A stretch of DNA of 64,000 nt, taken from the IMG/VR virus record IMGVR_UViG_3300042319_002138, positions 124,001-188,000 of that record. One strand, written 5' to 3'. The notes beneath the pieces were generated by a model, which saw only the letters and a program-made list of their open reading frames with translations, was not told the origin of the DNA and ran no database searches. Made by a program: the position numbers and the translations under genes. The number at the start of each line of letters is the position of its first letter. The stretch's first letter is position 1. Shown in pieces: positions 21,296 to 30,780 of this stretch.

Positions 21296-22440
21296 TGGCA
21301 AATAATGTAAGTTTAAAATTAACCAATTACGGATTACGTAGAGTAATGACTAATGGTGCTGAACAGAGTTTTAAGTATTTTAGCTTATCTGATATGAATG
21401 AACTTTATTACGTCACTACGGACCCAAATCTGGAAGACATAATGAATATAACAGGTTCTAAAAATTTATTTACAGCAAGAAAATCATGTACTGACGCTAT
21501 CCCAACGGAAGCACAAGTCACACCACCACCAATGCAAGAAATGGTAAAGACTGCACAGAGATGGGTTGTTAATTTTTACAAACAAGACTGTGGTGTTAAT
21601 GATTACACTAGTAGTAATCTAACAATGACAATAAACTTACACGAATACTTTGCTTGGTTAACGGATGTAACAACTTATTCAGCTTATACAGAAAATCTAG
21701 AAACAAGTTTAAAATTATTCCAAGGGATTTATTTAGTAAAACAAGAACAAGACTTTGTGACTAATGCTTGGTCTAATTTAGATACAACAAATAACTTTGT
21801 TACTTCATATGAATTCTTTGGTGATGAGGATAAAAAGAACTACGTAAACTTTAATAGTAAGTATATAAGTTTTGATAACGGTGTTAGAACCCAATCAGAT
21901 AAATCTTTTGATAGATTCTATACTGGATTACTATTTGGTTTTGGTGCTAATATAGAAGGTAATAATTACTTAGAAGGTCATAACTCATTTTTAACATTTA
22001 ACGCCCCACAATTTGGGTACGTTGTTAATGGTTTAACAAACTTTATTCCATTTAACAAAATGGGTACAGCTTCTAGTTATAAGGAAATTAGACCGGCAGT
22101 ATTACTTGGAAGTAATGGTTCTAAAGATGTTTATTATTTAAAAGAACCTAGAACATATAATTCAGTTGATTTAAATGGTTTTATGGCTCAAGCCATTTGG
22201 GGGTACCAAAATTCAGATGAACAATCTTTAATTATCGGTATGATTGAAAAAGCTAAAAATCATGTTGAGTTTTATTTTAAAGAAACTTCATTTGATAAAT
22301 GGGAGATGCCAATTAATCTTAGACTAAGACTTAACGATACTGGAGACCTACCGATTATAGGTGGTAATGTAAGTTTAAACTTCGTTTATGAACCTAATGC
22401 AACAATATTAGGATATAACAATATATTAATAGTTAACTAA
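21295..22440 (+). CDS. tail-collar-module structural protein
   Basis: LKLTNYGLRRVMTNG..FKYFSLSD N-terminus is paralogous to 19026 and 21062. Confidence 0.55.
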   Translation: MANNVSLKLTNYGLRRVMTNGAEQSFKYFSLSDMNELYYVTTDPNLEDIMNITGSKNLFTARKSCTDAIPTEAQVTPPPMQEMVKTAQRWVVNFYKQDCGVNDYTSSNLTMTINLHEYFAWLTDVTTYSAYTENLETSLKLFQGIYLVKQEQDFVTNAWSNLDTTNNFVTSYEFFGDEDKKNYVNFNSKYISFDNGVRTQSDKSFDRFYTGLLFGFGANIEGNNYLEGHNSFLTFNAPQFGYVVNGLTNFIPFNKMGTASSYKEIRPAVLLGSNGSKDVYYLKEPRTYNSVDLNGFMAQAIWGYQNSDEQSLIIGMIEKAKNHVEFYFKETSFDKWEMPINLRLRLNDTGDLPIIGGNVSLNFVYEPNATILGYNNILIVN

Positions 22441-22742
22441 TGGTAAAGATATATTACAATACTTTAAGTGATTATAATAATCAGAATAAATTTAATGACT
22501 TAGTTGAAGGAAACAATAATGCTGAATACAACGCTTTCCTTTCGTCAAGTTCTGTCGACCTTTACTATAAAGTTAATGATAGGTTACAAACAATTAATTT
22601 AGGAGCAGCAGATGTGATACCTTTAGGTCTTAATGGAATGAGGTTATTACCCGTTTCATTCACTGTTCAAAAAGTTAATAATAGTGGTATAGCTATTTCA
22701 TACGATAGTACCACAAACACTCAAACAATAACAACAATTTAA
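22440..22742 (+). CDS. hypothetical structural protein
   Basis: 100 aa, TAATG-coupled. Confidence 0.45.
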   Translation: MVKIYYNTLSDYNNQNKFNDLVEGNNNAEYNAFLSSSSVDLYYKVNDRLQTINLGAADVIPLGLNGMRLLPVSFTVQKVNNSGIAISYDSTTNTQTITTI

Positions 22743-22753
22743 ATAAAAAATTA

Positions 22754-23905
22754 ATGAGTTCATTAGTACCTGTAGAAAATGTTAACATAAAAACAACCGA
22801 AGAGGAAAGTTCATATTTTTATGCAATCCCTGGTAATGAAATAGAATGGACATACGTACCATCTTCTTCAAATTCAGGATTTACAACTAATGTGTGGTCA
22901 CATTTCTACGCTAATCTTGGTTTATACACAGATGAAATAGCTGATAACTATAATATATCTTTTAATAATGGTGGTTATTTAGGTACCTCATTAGAAAAAC
23001 TTTATGAAGCTTATAATAGTACTGGTATTATTGTTGGTTTAATTAATAACGAAACATATAGACAAGCTTTAATTGGTAGAGATGGGGCACTTGTAATACC
23101 GACATCCTTTACGGGAAGTACTTTATCAGGTATAACCGCTTTAACTAATTATTTTACTTTTTATAATACACCTGAAATCTTAACTAGAAACACAGCTGGT
23201 GTTTGTGCTAAAACTGTTGGTGATACTAGAAAATTTGAGTCACTAAAAGAGGCTGTTATTGATACAGGTATGGGCCAAGAAACTGGTAGGGGTAATAACG
23301 GACCTACTTATGAAAGTGGAATTGTATTTTTATTTAATGATTATACAAGTTTAACTACAGGGTCTACTTCAGGATTCAGTCAGGCACATAAAGTCACAAA
23401 TCCTTACGCAAACGGTAAATTAACTGCTAGATTTAATGGTAGTGGTTATCATTTAGCGGCTGGTATGGTAGATTGTATTAGTGGTATAGTTACTCTTTGG
23501 GACCCAACGATTGTTCAAGGATTTAATTTTGCTTTAGCAACAGGAGGTACGGGAACAACAAGAGCAACATTCGCACCAAATATTTCTTACACAGTTGTTA
23601 CAGACTATGATAGTAGTGTATCAGCAGATGTTAGAATTAATGCTTCACCAGATATTTTAAAATTCACAACTAACCCATCTAGAAAACAAGCTATTGCTAA
23701 TGGTGAGACTAATTGTGAGGAAGTGGTTAAAGTAACACAAGTGTGTCTATATGATACAGCTGGACAAGTTACCGCTATTGGAACACCAACAAGTATTATT
23801 GAGAAAACTGACAACTATGTTGTATTGAATCTTAGTGTTAAATTGGATGGTGGAATTGGAACTGTATGGGGTACATCAGTAAATACTTCTGTATACCCAT
23901 CATAA
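22754..23905 (+). CDS. tail-collar-module structural protein
   Basis: C-terminal TTNPS...VTQVCLYDTAGQVTAIG..IEK is paralogous to the C-terminus of 19026. Confidence 0.55.
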   Translation: MSSLVPVENVNIKTTEEESSYFYAIPGNEIEWTYVPSSSNSGFTTNVWSHFYANLGLYTDEIADNYNISFNNGGYLGTSLEKLYEAYNSTGIIVGLINNETYRQALIGRDGALVIPTSFTGSTLSGITALTNYFTFYNTPEILTRNTAGVCAKTVGDTRKFESLKEAVIDTGMGQETGRGNNGPTYESGIVFLFNDYTSLTTGSTSGFSQAHKVTNPYANGKLTARFNGSGYHLAAGMVDCISGIVTLWDPTIVQGFNFALATGGTGTTRATFAPNISYTVVTDYDSSVSADVRINASPDILKFTTNPSRKQAIANGETNCEEVVKVTQVCLYDTAGQVTAIGTPTSIIEKTDNYVVLNLSVKLDGGIGTVWGTSVNTSVYPS

Positions 23906-23926
23906 TATAAATAAAAAATGTTTTAA

Positions 23927-24559
23927 ATGTCAAGAATACTCGGACTAGATGTGTCAACAAAAACCATTGGTATGGCTTTATTTGAAGCTGACGGAAAATT
24001 GTTAGAATTAACGCACATCACACCAAAAATTAAACCTCAACCTGAAACAAAACTAGAAGAATTGTTTAAAAAGGTTGATGCTTTTGAAAGATTAATAACT
24101 CGTTATATTGAGTTTGATATTGAGAAAGTTATAATTGAAGAACCTTTATTGAATAGTAATAACGTATATACTGTTGCCACATTACTTAAGTTTAATGGGA
24201 TGATATCTAAGGTAGTATCAGAGGTATTAAATGTCATACCAGACTTTGTATCATCAAACGACGCTAGAAGGTACTCCTTCCCTGAATTGGTTCAATTAAG
24301 AACACATAATAAGAAAGGTGAACCATACAAACAAAAAGATATTGATAGGGCTACACCTGTTTTATTTGGTGCTTTCTCTTGGGAGGTTGATAAAAAACAA
24401 ATTATTTGGGAAAAAATAGCTGATTTGGAACCACAAATTGTTTGGGAGTATGATAGAAACCAAAAACTTAAAAAAGAAAATTTTGATATGACGGATAGTT
24501 ACGCCGCTGTCAGAGGGTTTATGTGTAAAGAAAACCATTGGGATTGTACCAAAAAATAA
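23927..24559 (+). CDS. RuvC-like Holliday junction resolvase
   Basis: ILGLDVSTKTIG (catalytic Asp), VIIEEP (Glu) and C-terminal DMTDSY (Asp pair). Confidence 0.8.
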   Translation: MSRILGLDVSTKTIGMALFEADGKLLELTHITPKIKPQPETKLEELFKKVDAFERLITRYIEFDIEKVIIEEPLLNSNNVYTVATLLKFNGMISKVVSEVLNVIPDFVSSNDARRYSFPELVQLRTHNKKGEPYKQKDIDRATPVLFGAFSWEVDKKQIIWEKIADLEPQIVWEYDRNQKLKKENFDMTDSYAAVRGFMCKENHWDCTKK

Positions 24560-24582
24560 CCCACATTATATAAAAAATTATT

Positions 24583-24617
24583 AAATATCGGCCAATTTTG
24601 ACCGATATTTTTGTTTT
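24583..24617 (+). terminator. intrinsic terminator
   Basis: Stem AAATATCGG / CCGATATTT followed by a T-rich tract. Confidence 0.65.
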
Positions 24618-24632
24618 ATTGAAAAAATATAC

Positions 24633-24640
24633 TATATTTG
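24633..24640 (+). promoter_or_regulatory. Bacteroidota-type -7 promoter element (TAnnTTTG)
   Basis: TATATTTG, 4 nt upstream of ATG 24645. Confidence 0.6.
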
Positions 24641-24644
24641 TATT

Positions 24645-25121
24645 ATGACTGAAAATAAAAAACTAGCATTAGAATGTTTATGGGAAGAGGCTAAGATGTA
24701 TTCTAAATTATATTATGAAACAAAAGATGAATATAAAAAACATAAATACGTTTCACACTTTAGAAGTCCAATCTATGACGAAACAAACACAACATTCTTT
24801 CAAAAAGAATTTATTTCTTTAAGAGCCTTTAACAAAGAAGGTAGAGTTACAGAGGAACACTGTAATGGTAGAACTAACTGTTCTAAAAAATTATTAGAAA
24901 AAATACATTCAGAAGAAATCGTAACTTTTGATGAGTTCATTAATTTCCTAAAAGACTATTGTTATACAATAAAAATATTGTCAGAGGAAAATGTTTCTGT
25001 ATCAACGTACCTTAAAAAACATAAAGAAAAAAACTTTATAGAGGCTTATAGTGACTTGGGTATTATAATTTGTGACCAAGAAGGTACAGTAATCGAAGAA
25101 CTTAACTTACCTATTATTTAA
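24645..25121 (+). CDS. hypothetical protein
   Basis: 158 aa ORF immediately after the promoter. Confidence 0.6.
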   Translation: MTENKKLALECLWEEAKMYSKLYYETKDEYKKHKYVSHFRSPIYDETNTTFFQKEFISLRAFNKEGRVTEEHCNGRTNCSKKLLEKIHSEEIVTFDEFINFLKDYCYTIKILSEENVSVSTYLKKHKEKNFIEAYSDLGIIICDQEGTVIEELNLPII

Positions 25122-25122
25122 T

Positions 25123-26088
25123 ATGGTTGAAAACTCACTCATTTACGGTATAATTTTGGATGTCTTAGGGAAACCTAAAAAGACAAATGTTTCTAAACAA
25201 CAATATAGTTTTGATTGTCCTGTTTGTTCTGCCGAAAAAGGTGAATATGAAGGTGATGGTAAAGGTAATTTAGAGGTTAACTTATCTGAGGGTGTTTATA
25301 ATTGTTGGGCTTGTGGTGAGGTTAATGGAACCAAGGGTAGTCTTAAAAAATTATTCAGAAGTTTTGCTAACAAACAACAAGTTAAAAAACTAAAAATGAT
25401 TGGTTACACTTTAGATGATTTTAAATCTAAAGTAAAAGATGCCAACGTTATCGAAGACTTAACCTTACCAAAAGGATTTATTAGTTTTGAAGAAGGTAAC
25501 CCTAAATCACTGTTATATAAACAAGCTTGGAATTATCTTACTAAAGAAAGAAAAATTAAAAAAGAAATAATCCAAAGATATAAAATGGGTTATGTTAGTG
25601 GGGGACAGTACGACTCTAGGGTTGTAATTCCTTCTTATGATATTAATAATGAATTAAATTATTGGGTAACAAGAACTTATGTTAATGCAAAACCAAAGTA
25701 CTTAAATCCTGATTCGGATAAAGAAATTTTAATATTTAACGAATGTTGTGTAGATTGGGATTCAGATGTTTATTTGGTTGAAGGACCTTTTGACCATATT
25801 GTAGTTCATAACTCAATCCCACTATTGGGTAAAAAAATTTCTGATAAACTAATGCATTCTTTATTCCATAAAACAAACGGTAATGTAATAATTCTCTTAG
25901 ATGATGATGCATGGGAAGACGCTAAAAAACATTATGCAAAGTTGAATGTTGGAAAATTATTTGGTAGAATTAGAATTGTTAAAATGAAAGAAGGTTATGA
26001 TATAGCCAAAATTCATGAAGACTTTGGTAGAGAAGGTGTGATTGAATGTATGAAAAGTGGTATTATTCTTAAAGAAAGTGAATTGTGA
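25123..26088 (+). CDS. DNA primase (zinc finger + TOPRIM)
   Basis: CPVC...CWAC zinc-binding domain, KYLN, VEGPFD and LLDDDA TOPRIM motifs. Confidence 0.9.
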   Translation: MVENSLIYGIILDVLGKPKKTNVSKQQYSFDCPVCSAEKGEYEGDGKGNLEVNLSEGVYNCWACGEVNGTKGSLKKLFRSFANKQQVKKLKMIGYTLDDFKSKVKDANVIEDLTLPKGFISFEEGNPKSLLYKQAWNYLTKERKIKKEIIQRYKMGYVSGGQYDSRVVIPSYDINNELNYWVTRTYVNAKPKYLNPDSDKEILIFNECCVDWDSDVYLVEGPFDHIVVHNSIPLLGKKISDKLMHSLFHKTNGNVIILLDDDAWEDAKKHYAKLNVGKLFGRIRIVKMKEGYDIAKIHEDFGREGVIECMKSGIILKESEL

Positions 26089-26297
26089 TGGGATTTAATA
26101 AAAGAATTATTAAGAAAGAAATTTTATTAGAAAGATTTAGACTTGAGGGTTATCAAGGAATTATAAATTATATAGGTAATGCTGATGCATTACTTGGTTT
26201 AACTGATGAAATAAGGGAGATATTGGATATCACTTACTGTGATAATTGCCCAACTAAAAAGAATGTTGAGATTAATAAAGTAATAAATGGCAAATAA
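26088..26297 (+). CDS. hypothetical protein
   Basis: About 69 aa, overlaps both neighbours in coupled fashion. Confidence 0.5.
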   Translation: MGFNKRIIKKEILLERFRLEGYQGIINYIGNADALLGLTDEIREILDITYCDNCPTKKNVEINKVINGK

Positions 26298-27036
26298 ATG
26301 GGAAACACAAGTTTGGTTAGAACCGATAGAACATAAATATTATCATAAGGAAACTAACGAAGTTTTTAAATCAGTAACAACAATTTTATCATTATTGGAA
26401 CCTCATTTCGATAGTGACTCAGTGGCTTACGCAATATCCCAACAGTCGGATGATGTAAAAAAACCTGAGTATGTTGGTATGACCAAGGGTGAGATATTAG
26501 TAGAATGGGAACGTATTAATCGTGAGGCAAATGAATATGGTACTGAAGTCCATGAAATATTGGAGAGGTACCTATTGGCTGATAGGATATACATACCTAA
26601 AAACGATTATGAAAGAGAGGTAATAAGTAAATTCCAAGAAGTAGATGATATGTCTGGTACAGTTTACCCAGAAGCAGTTTTATTTAGTGAAAAATATAAA
26701 ATTTGTGGAACAGCGGATATTGTAGAGGATTGTGGTGATTATTTTAATATATTGGACTTTAAAACAAATAAAGAACTAAATTACATATCAAAATACAATC
26801 AATGGTTAAATAAACCAGTATCACATTTATCAGATTGTCAATACAACGTATACGCTCTACAACTATCTATATATGCATACATGATACAAATGCAAACAAG
26901 AAAAAAAGTTGGTAAACTACAGATATTTTATTTAAACCCACAAAAAGATTATACCTTTGAAAAAATTAATATGCCCTATTTGGGTAGGGATGCCAAAGCA
27001 ATTTTGGACTATTGGTTAGAAAAAAATAAAAAATAA
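26287..27036 (+). CDS. PD-(D/E)XK exonuclease (RecB/Cas4-like phage exonuclease)
   Basis: SVTTIL, GTEVHEILE, E.....ICGTADIV, ILDFKT and LQLSIYA motifs. Confidence 0.85.
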   Translation: MANKWETQVWLEPIEHKYYHKETNEVFKSVTTILSLLEPHFDSDSVAYAISQQSDDVKKPEYVGMTKGEILVEWERINREANEYGTEVHEILERYLLADRIYIPKNDYEREVISKFQEVDDMSGTVYPEAVLFSEKYKICGTADIVEDCGDYFNILDFKTNKELNYISKYNQWLNKPVSHLSDCQYNVYALQLSIYAYMIQMQTRKKVGKLQIFYLNPQKDYTFEKINMPYLGRDAKAILDYWLEKNKK

Positions 27037-27088
27037 AGTCTTTAGTGTTTAATATTTTTTGTCTATTATTTATTAAATAAACAGATAT

Positions 27089-28240
27089 ATGAGTGATAAA
27101 ATAGAATTCGAACCTAAATTAACTTTAGAGGAGACAATTGGAATAAAAGATAGATTTATAAATTTTTACCGAGACCTTGAGTCAATCCAAGACTATTTTT
27201 TGGCTAGAAAAAAAGAAAAAATTGTGGATATTAACCACGATAAATACACTAAAAACATGTTTGATGATTATAGTGTTGAGCCAAAAAACATGGAATTTGA
27301 AATCGAGGTGATTGAGGGTAATTTATTTAATCCTTCTACACAGATTATCACTTCACTACCTTTAGAATCACAAATCGGTAGACAAATCATGATGGGTATT
27401 AGAGAAAAAACCACTAACAAATATGTTGGGTTTATTCGTGTGGCTTCACCTGTTTTATCTATTAAACCTAGAAATGATTTCTTTGGTGAAACAATTAGAG
27501 CTACAGCTGTTAATAGACATATGATTAATGGGGCCATTATTGTTCCTGTACAACCTTTTGGGTATAACTACTTAGGTGGTAAACTATTAGCTTTAATTTC
27601 ATGTTCACACGAAATTAAAAATATGTTAAAAGAAAAGTATGGTGATAAAATCGATACTTGTTTTTTTGAAACAACCTCCCTTTATGGTGACATCAAAGGT
27701 ATGAGTCAATACGATGGTTTAAAACCATATATCCGTTACCAAGACATGACAGAATCAGATTTGTTTTTATTCCCAACAGAAGAAGTTTATGGGCCGATTA
27801 GAGCTAAAATGAGAGAGTTATACGGTAACCCTGAATGGGGTGGAAATACTGTAGACCCTGTACCATCAGGACCAAAGATGAGAGAGTTTAATAAGGCAAT
27901 ATCAGTCCTTAAAAATCACCTTAAACATTATGATATCGATGCTTATAATGAGTTTCATTCTTTCACCAAAACACATATGAAAGCCAAAACCAAAAAGAGA
28001 TATTATTATTCAAACTTTGGATACGACAATGTTATTGAACATGTTAATTCTGGTGGTGAAATTCCTTTAATTGAAGGACAAAATTTCCATAAACACAAAC
28101 TTTCTCATATGATTGAGTGGTGGAAAGGGAAAGCACAAAAAAGATACGAGAAACTTGTTGAGGAAAATAAACTAAGACACGAAATGGAAATCTACACTCT
28201 TGAAAGAATAGAGAATAACGATATAGACATGGTGAGATAA
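27089..28240 (+). CDS. DUF4338-like / GNAT-fold protein, possible DNA-modifying enzyme
   Basis: GFIRVASP..SIKPR, IVPVQPFGYNYLGGKLLAL and ETTSLYG...SQYDG motifs, as recalled for DUF4338-related phage proteins. Confidence 0.55.
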   Translation: MSDKIEFEPKLTLEETIGIKDRFINFYRDLESIQDYFLARKKEKIVDINHDKYTKNMFDDYSVEPKNMEFEIEVIEGNLFNPSTQIITSLPLESQIGRQIMMGIREKTTNKYVGFIRVASPVLSIKPRNDFFGETIRATAVNRHMINGAIIVPVQPFGYNYLGGKLLALISCSHEIKNMLKEKYGDKIDTCFFETTSLYGDIKGMSQYDGLKPYIRYQDMTESDLFLFPTEEVYGPIRAKMRELYGNPEWGGNTVDPVPSGPKMREFNKAISVLKNHLKHYDIDAYNEFHSFTKTHMKAKTKKRYYYSNFGYDNVIEHVNSGGEIPLIEGQNFHKHKLSHMIEWWKGKAQKRYEKLVEENKLRHEMEIYTLERIENNDIDMVR

Positions 28241-28657
28241 ATGTACGTCGAAGTAAGTGGTAGACAAACAGGTAAATCAACTAGGATGGTTGAGGACATA
28301 GTTCTTTTTTTAGAAGAAAATGGTGGAAAAACAGCTTTAGTGGTTTCACCAACAGGGGCTAGTAGAAAACTAATAAAAGAAAAGATATTTCAAAAATGTG
28401 GTTACTGTATAAACAGAGTAATTACATCACATAAGATGTTACCACCCATGAATACCATGAAACAATATGTAGATGAGTTTTTTTATGTAAAAGAAAAAGA
28501 TTTATTTATTGACGGAAGTGCTTATTATGCTGGTACACCTAAATTAGAAGGTTTCACTGGAAAATACCAAGATATAATAGACCTATTTAACCAAAAAATG
28601 GGTAAAATGGTACAATTAAAACCAATAAAAAAACATGGATTTGGAGGAAGTGATTGA
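28241..28657 (+). CDS. miniature terminase large-subunit ATPase-like protein with C-terminal tag
   Basis: GRQTGKST (terminase-type Walker A), LVVSPT, YVDEFF (Walker B) and GTP (motif III) in only 138 aa. No nuclease domain. Ends LKPIKKHGF. Confidence 0.7.
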   Translation: MYVEVSGRQTGKSTRMVEDIVLFLEENGGKTALVVSPTGASRKLIKEKIFQKCGYCINRVITSHKMLPPMNTMKQYVDEFFYVKEKDLFIDGSAYYAGTPKLEGFTGKYQDIIDLFNQKMGKMVQLKPIKKHGFGGSD

Positions 28658-29036
28658 AAAGTGGGGTAACTTAGGTTTTTTAGATGGGTTAACCGAAGAG
28701 TTTAAAGGTAATACAGCTATAACCTATGAAAAGGCTGCCACTATATTAATTAGTGATGGTCCTTTATTTGGTAGTGGTGATTTTTTAATAACTACTATAT
28801 TCCCTATAATATATAGAATTTGTAAAACAGGTTTAATTATTAAAAATGTCCCAAATTTAATACAAAAATTTGACCAGTTTATAACTGATAATAGAGAGGT
28901 TATTAGTGATTTACATGGAACAAATTTTGATGCTGAGGCTGAGTTATGTAGTTTTTTTGCTGAAGACTATTGTGAATGGATTAAAGACAATCCTGAAATG
29001 GACCCAATAAAATATATACCAAAACATAAATTATAA
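28635..29036 (+). CDS. major-capsid-protein (gp23) fragment-derived small protein with C-terminal tag
   Basis: EKWGNLGFLDGL...TTIFPIIYRI (gp23 N-terminus-like) and DLHGTNFDAEAELC (gp23 HGxDAxAEL-like). Ends PIKYIPKHKL. Confidence 0.7.
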   Translation: MDLEEVIEKWGNLGFLDGLTEEFKGNTAITYEKAATILISDGPLFGSGDFLITTIFPIIYRICKTGLIIKNVPNLIQKFDQFITDNREVISDLHGTNFDAEAELCSFFAEDYCEWIKDNPEMDPIKYIPKHKL

Positions 29037-29329
29037 TGAATTTATCATACACCACATTCAAAAATTGGTTTTTAGATAATTACGGACATTTAGGATTTGA
29101 TTTATCACCACTTTACCAAGACACACAAGATTTAAAATTTTATTTTGGTGTTTTATATAATAACAATAAAACACAGATGGTTAGGATAAGTTTGGAAAGA
29201 GTTTTAGATTTTACTGTTGGTGATAAGGAACTTAGAAAATTAATATTTGACACATTATTAACAACTTATGGTTATAGATTAGATGGTGATTTTATACCAA
29301 TAAAAAAAATTAAACAATTTGAATTGTAA
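29036..29329 (+). CDS. small tagged protein, paralog of 29329..29658
   Basis: WFLDNYGHLGFDLSP vs WFENEFGHLGFTVTP. Ends PIKKIKQFEL. Confidence 0.65.
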   Translation: MNLSYTTFKNWFLDNYGHLGFDLSPLYQDTQDLKFYFGVLYNNNKTQMVRISLERVLDFTVGDKELRKLIFDTLLTTYGYRLDGDFIPIKKIKQFEL

Positions 29330-29658
29330 TGGATGAAATTTCACAATGGTTTGAAAATGAGTTTGGTCATTTGGGGTTCACGGTTACACCTATAATGTAT
29401 AACCCAGATAACTTTTCTCCCGTTAGGGGAGTTTTATTTAGGCATCCACGAGTAAGTAGTAATTATACTTTTAAAACTAATATACAAATTTCAGTTCAAC
29501 TCACAGATGACGTATATCATTCTAATTTTAATGTTGAAACTGAATATAAAGAATTACTTACAGAGGCAGTAATTCAATTTTTAAATATACACGGATTATC
29601 AATAGAGGATTTAAAAGACTTTAAACCTATAAAAAAAATTAATAAATTTAAATTATGA
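29329..29658 (+). CDS. small tagged protein with gp23 C-terminal-like segment
   Basis: TPIMYNPDNFSPVRGVLFRH resembles gp23 DPxNFQPxxGxxTRY. Ends PIKKINKFKL. Confidence 0.65.
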   Translation: MDEISQWFENEFGHLGFTVTPIMYNPDNFSPVRGVLFRHPRVSSNYTFKTNIQISVQLTDDVYHSNFNVETEYKELLTEAVIQFLNIHGLSIEDLKDFKPIKKINKFKL

Positions 29659-30464
29659 TAAAAATAATCTATCACTGTGCTGATTTACACATCAGACTTT
29701 ATAAAAGACACGATGAATACCGTGAACAATTTCAAAAGTTCTTTGATTCAGTTAAAGAACATATGGAAGAAAACAACCTTAACAGAGAAGAGGTTAGGAT
29801 TGTTATTGCTGGTGATGTGGTACACTCTAAGAATCAGTTAACACCTGAACTAGTAGATTTAACAACATGGTTCTTTAAAAATTGTTGTGACATTTGTGAT
29901 ACCATAGTTATTTTGGGTAACCACGATTTCTTAGCCAATAACTTAGATAGAATGGATGCGTTAACACCCATTATTGATACAATGAATGATGATAGACTTA
30001 AGTTTTTAAAACACACAGGATGTTTTGAGGATGAGAATATTGTTTGGTGTTTATATGGTCATATCGAAGGTTCACAGAGACCTGAAATAGAAAAGGCCAA
30101 AGAGGACTTTGGTGATAAGACATACGTTGGTTTATATCATGACCCTTTAATTGGTTTAAAGACAAATGTTGGGTTTGAATTTGAGGACGGACAAGACATT
30201 TCTATTTTTGATGGTTGTGATTTTGTTTGTTGTGGTGATATTCACTTATACCAAGTGATGAATTATCATGGAACTACTATCGTACAACCCTCATCAATGA
30301 TACAACAAGATTTTGGTGAGTCTGTAGATAAACACGGGTTTGTTATATGGAATGTAGAAACTAAAAAACATAAACATATTAACTTAGAATCCGATTATGG
30401 GTTTTATACTTTTAAAATAAGCTCAATAGAGGATATTGAAAATGAAATAGAAAGGTTAGTATGA
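29655..30464 (+). CDS. SbcD/Mre11-like (T4 gp47-like) metallophosphoesterase nuclease
   Basis: ADLH, GDVVH, GNHD and GDIH motifs. Confidence 0.9.
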   Translation: MIKIIYHCADLHIRLYKRHDEYREQFQKFFDSVKEHMEENNLNREEVRIVIAGDVVHSKNQLTPELVDLTTWFFKNCCDICDTIVILGNHDFLANNLDRMDALTPIIDTMNDDRLKFLKHTGCFEDENIVWCLYGHIEGSQRPEIEKAKEDFGDKTYVGLYHDPLIGLKTNVGFEFEDGQDISIFDGCDFVCCGDIHLYQVMNYHGTTIVQPSSMIQQDFGESVDKHGFVIWNVETKKHKHINLESDYGFYTFKISSIEDIENEIERLV

Positions 30465-30775
30465 TAAAACCTAAAAAATATATAAAAAAATACCATTTTG
30501 GTGATTTTGATTATGAAAAGGAGTTAAATAGACTTTTAAATGAATTATCTGGACAGATTCAAAGTAGTAATAGAGGGGGACCTGCCAATTGGATTGTTTG
30601 TTCACCACAAGTAGCTGATTCAATAAACTCAATGATTATGGAATCCCAAATAGGTGATTGGAGGATAGAAGATAACAGTTTTATACAAGATATACAATTA
30701 AGACCTAGAAGAGTACCTCAGTATCTTAACTTGGATATTAGTATCACTAACACAGATAATAATTATTTTTTATAA
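30461..30775 (+). CDS. chimeric capsid-fragment/tail-sheath-fragment protein with N-terminal tag
   Basis: N-terminal PKKYIKKYHF. RGGPANWIVCSPQVA resembles gp23 RGxGNFIIAS. DIQLRPRRVPQYLNLDISIT resembles the gp18 sheath C-terminus. Confidence 0.65.
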   Translation: MIKPKKYIKKYHFGDFDYEKELNRLLNELSGQIQSSNRGGPANWIVCSPQVADSINSMIMESQIGDWRIEDNSFIQDIQLRPRRVPQYLNLDISITNTDNNYFL

Positions 30776-30780
30776 ATAAA

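Noticed and set aside
23927-24559. TnpB/Cas12-like or transposon RuvC
   Set aside because: Only 210 aa with no zinc finger, REC region or IS ends. Consistent with a resolvase.
26287-27036. Cas4 / CRISPR adaptation gene
   Set aside because: No four-Cys Fe-S cluster pattern and no cas context. It fits a generic phage PD-(D/E)XK exonuclease next to the primase.
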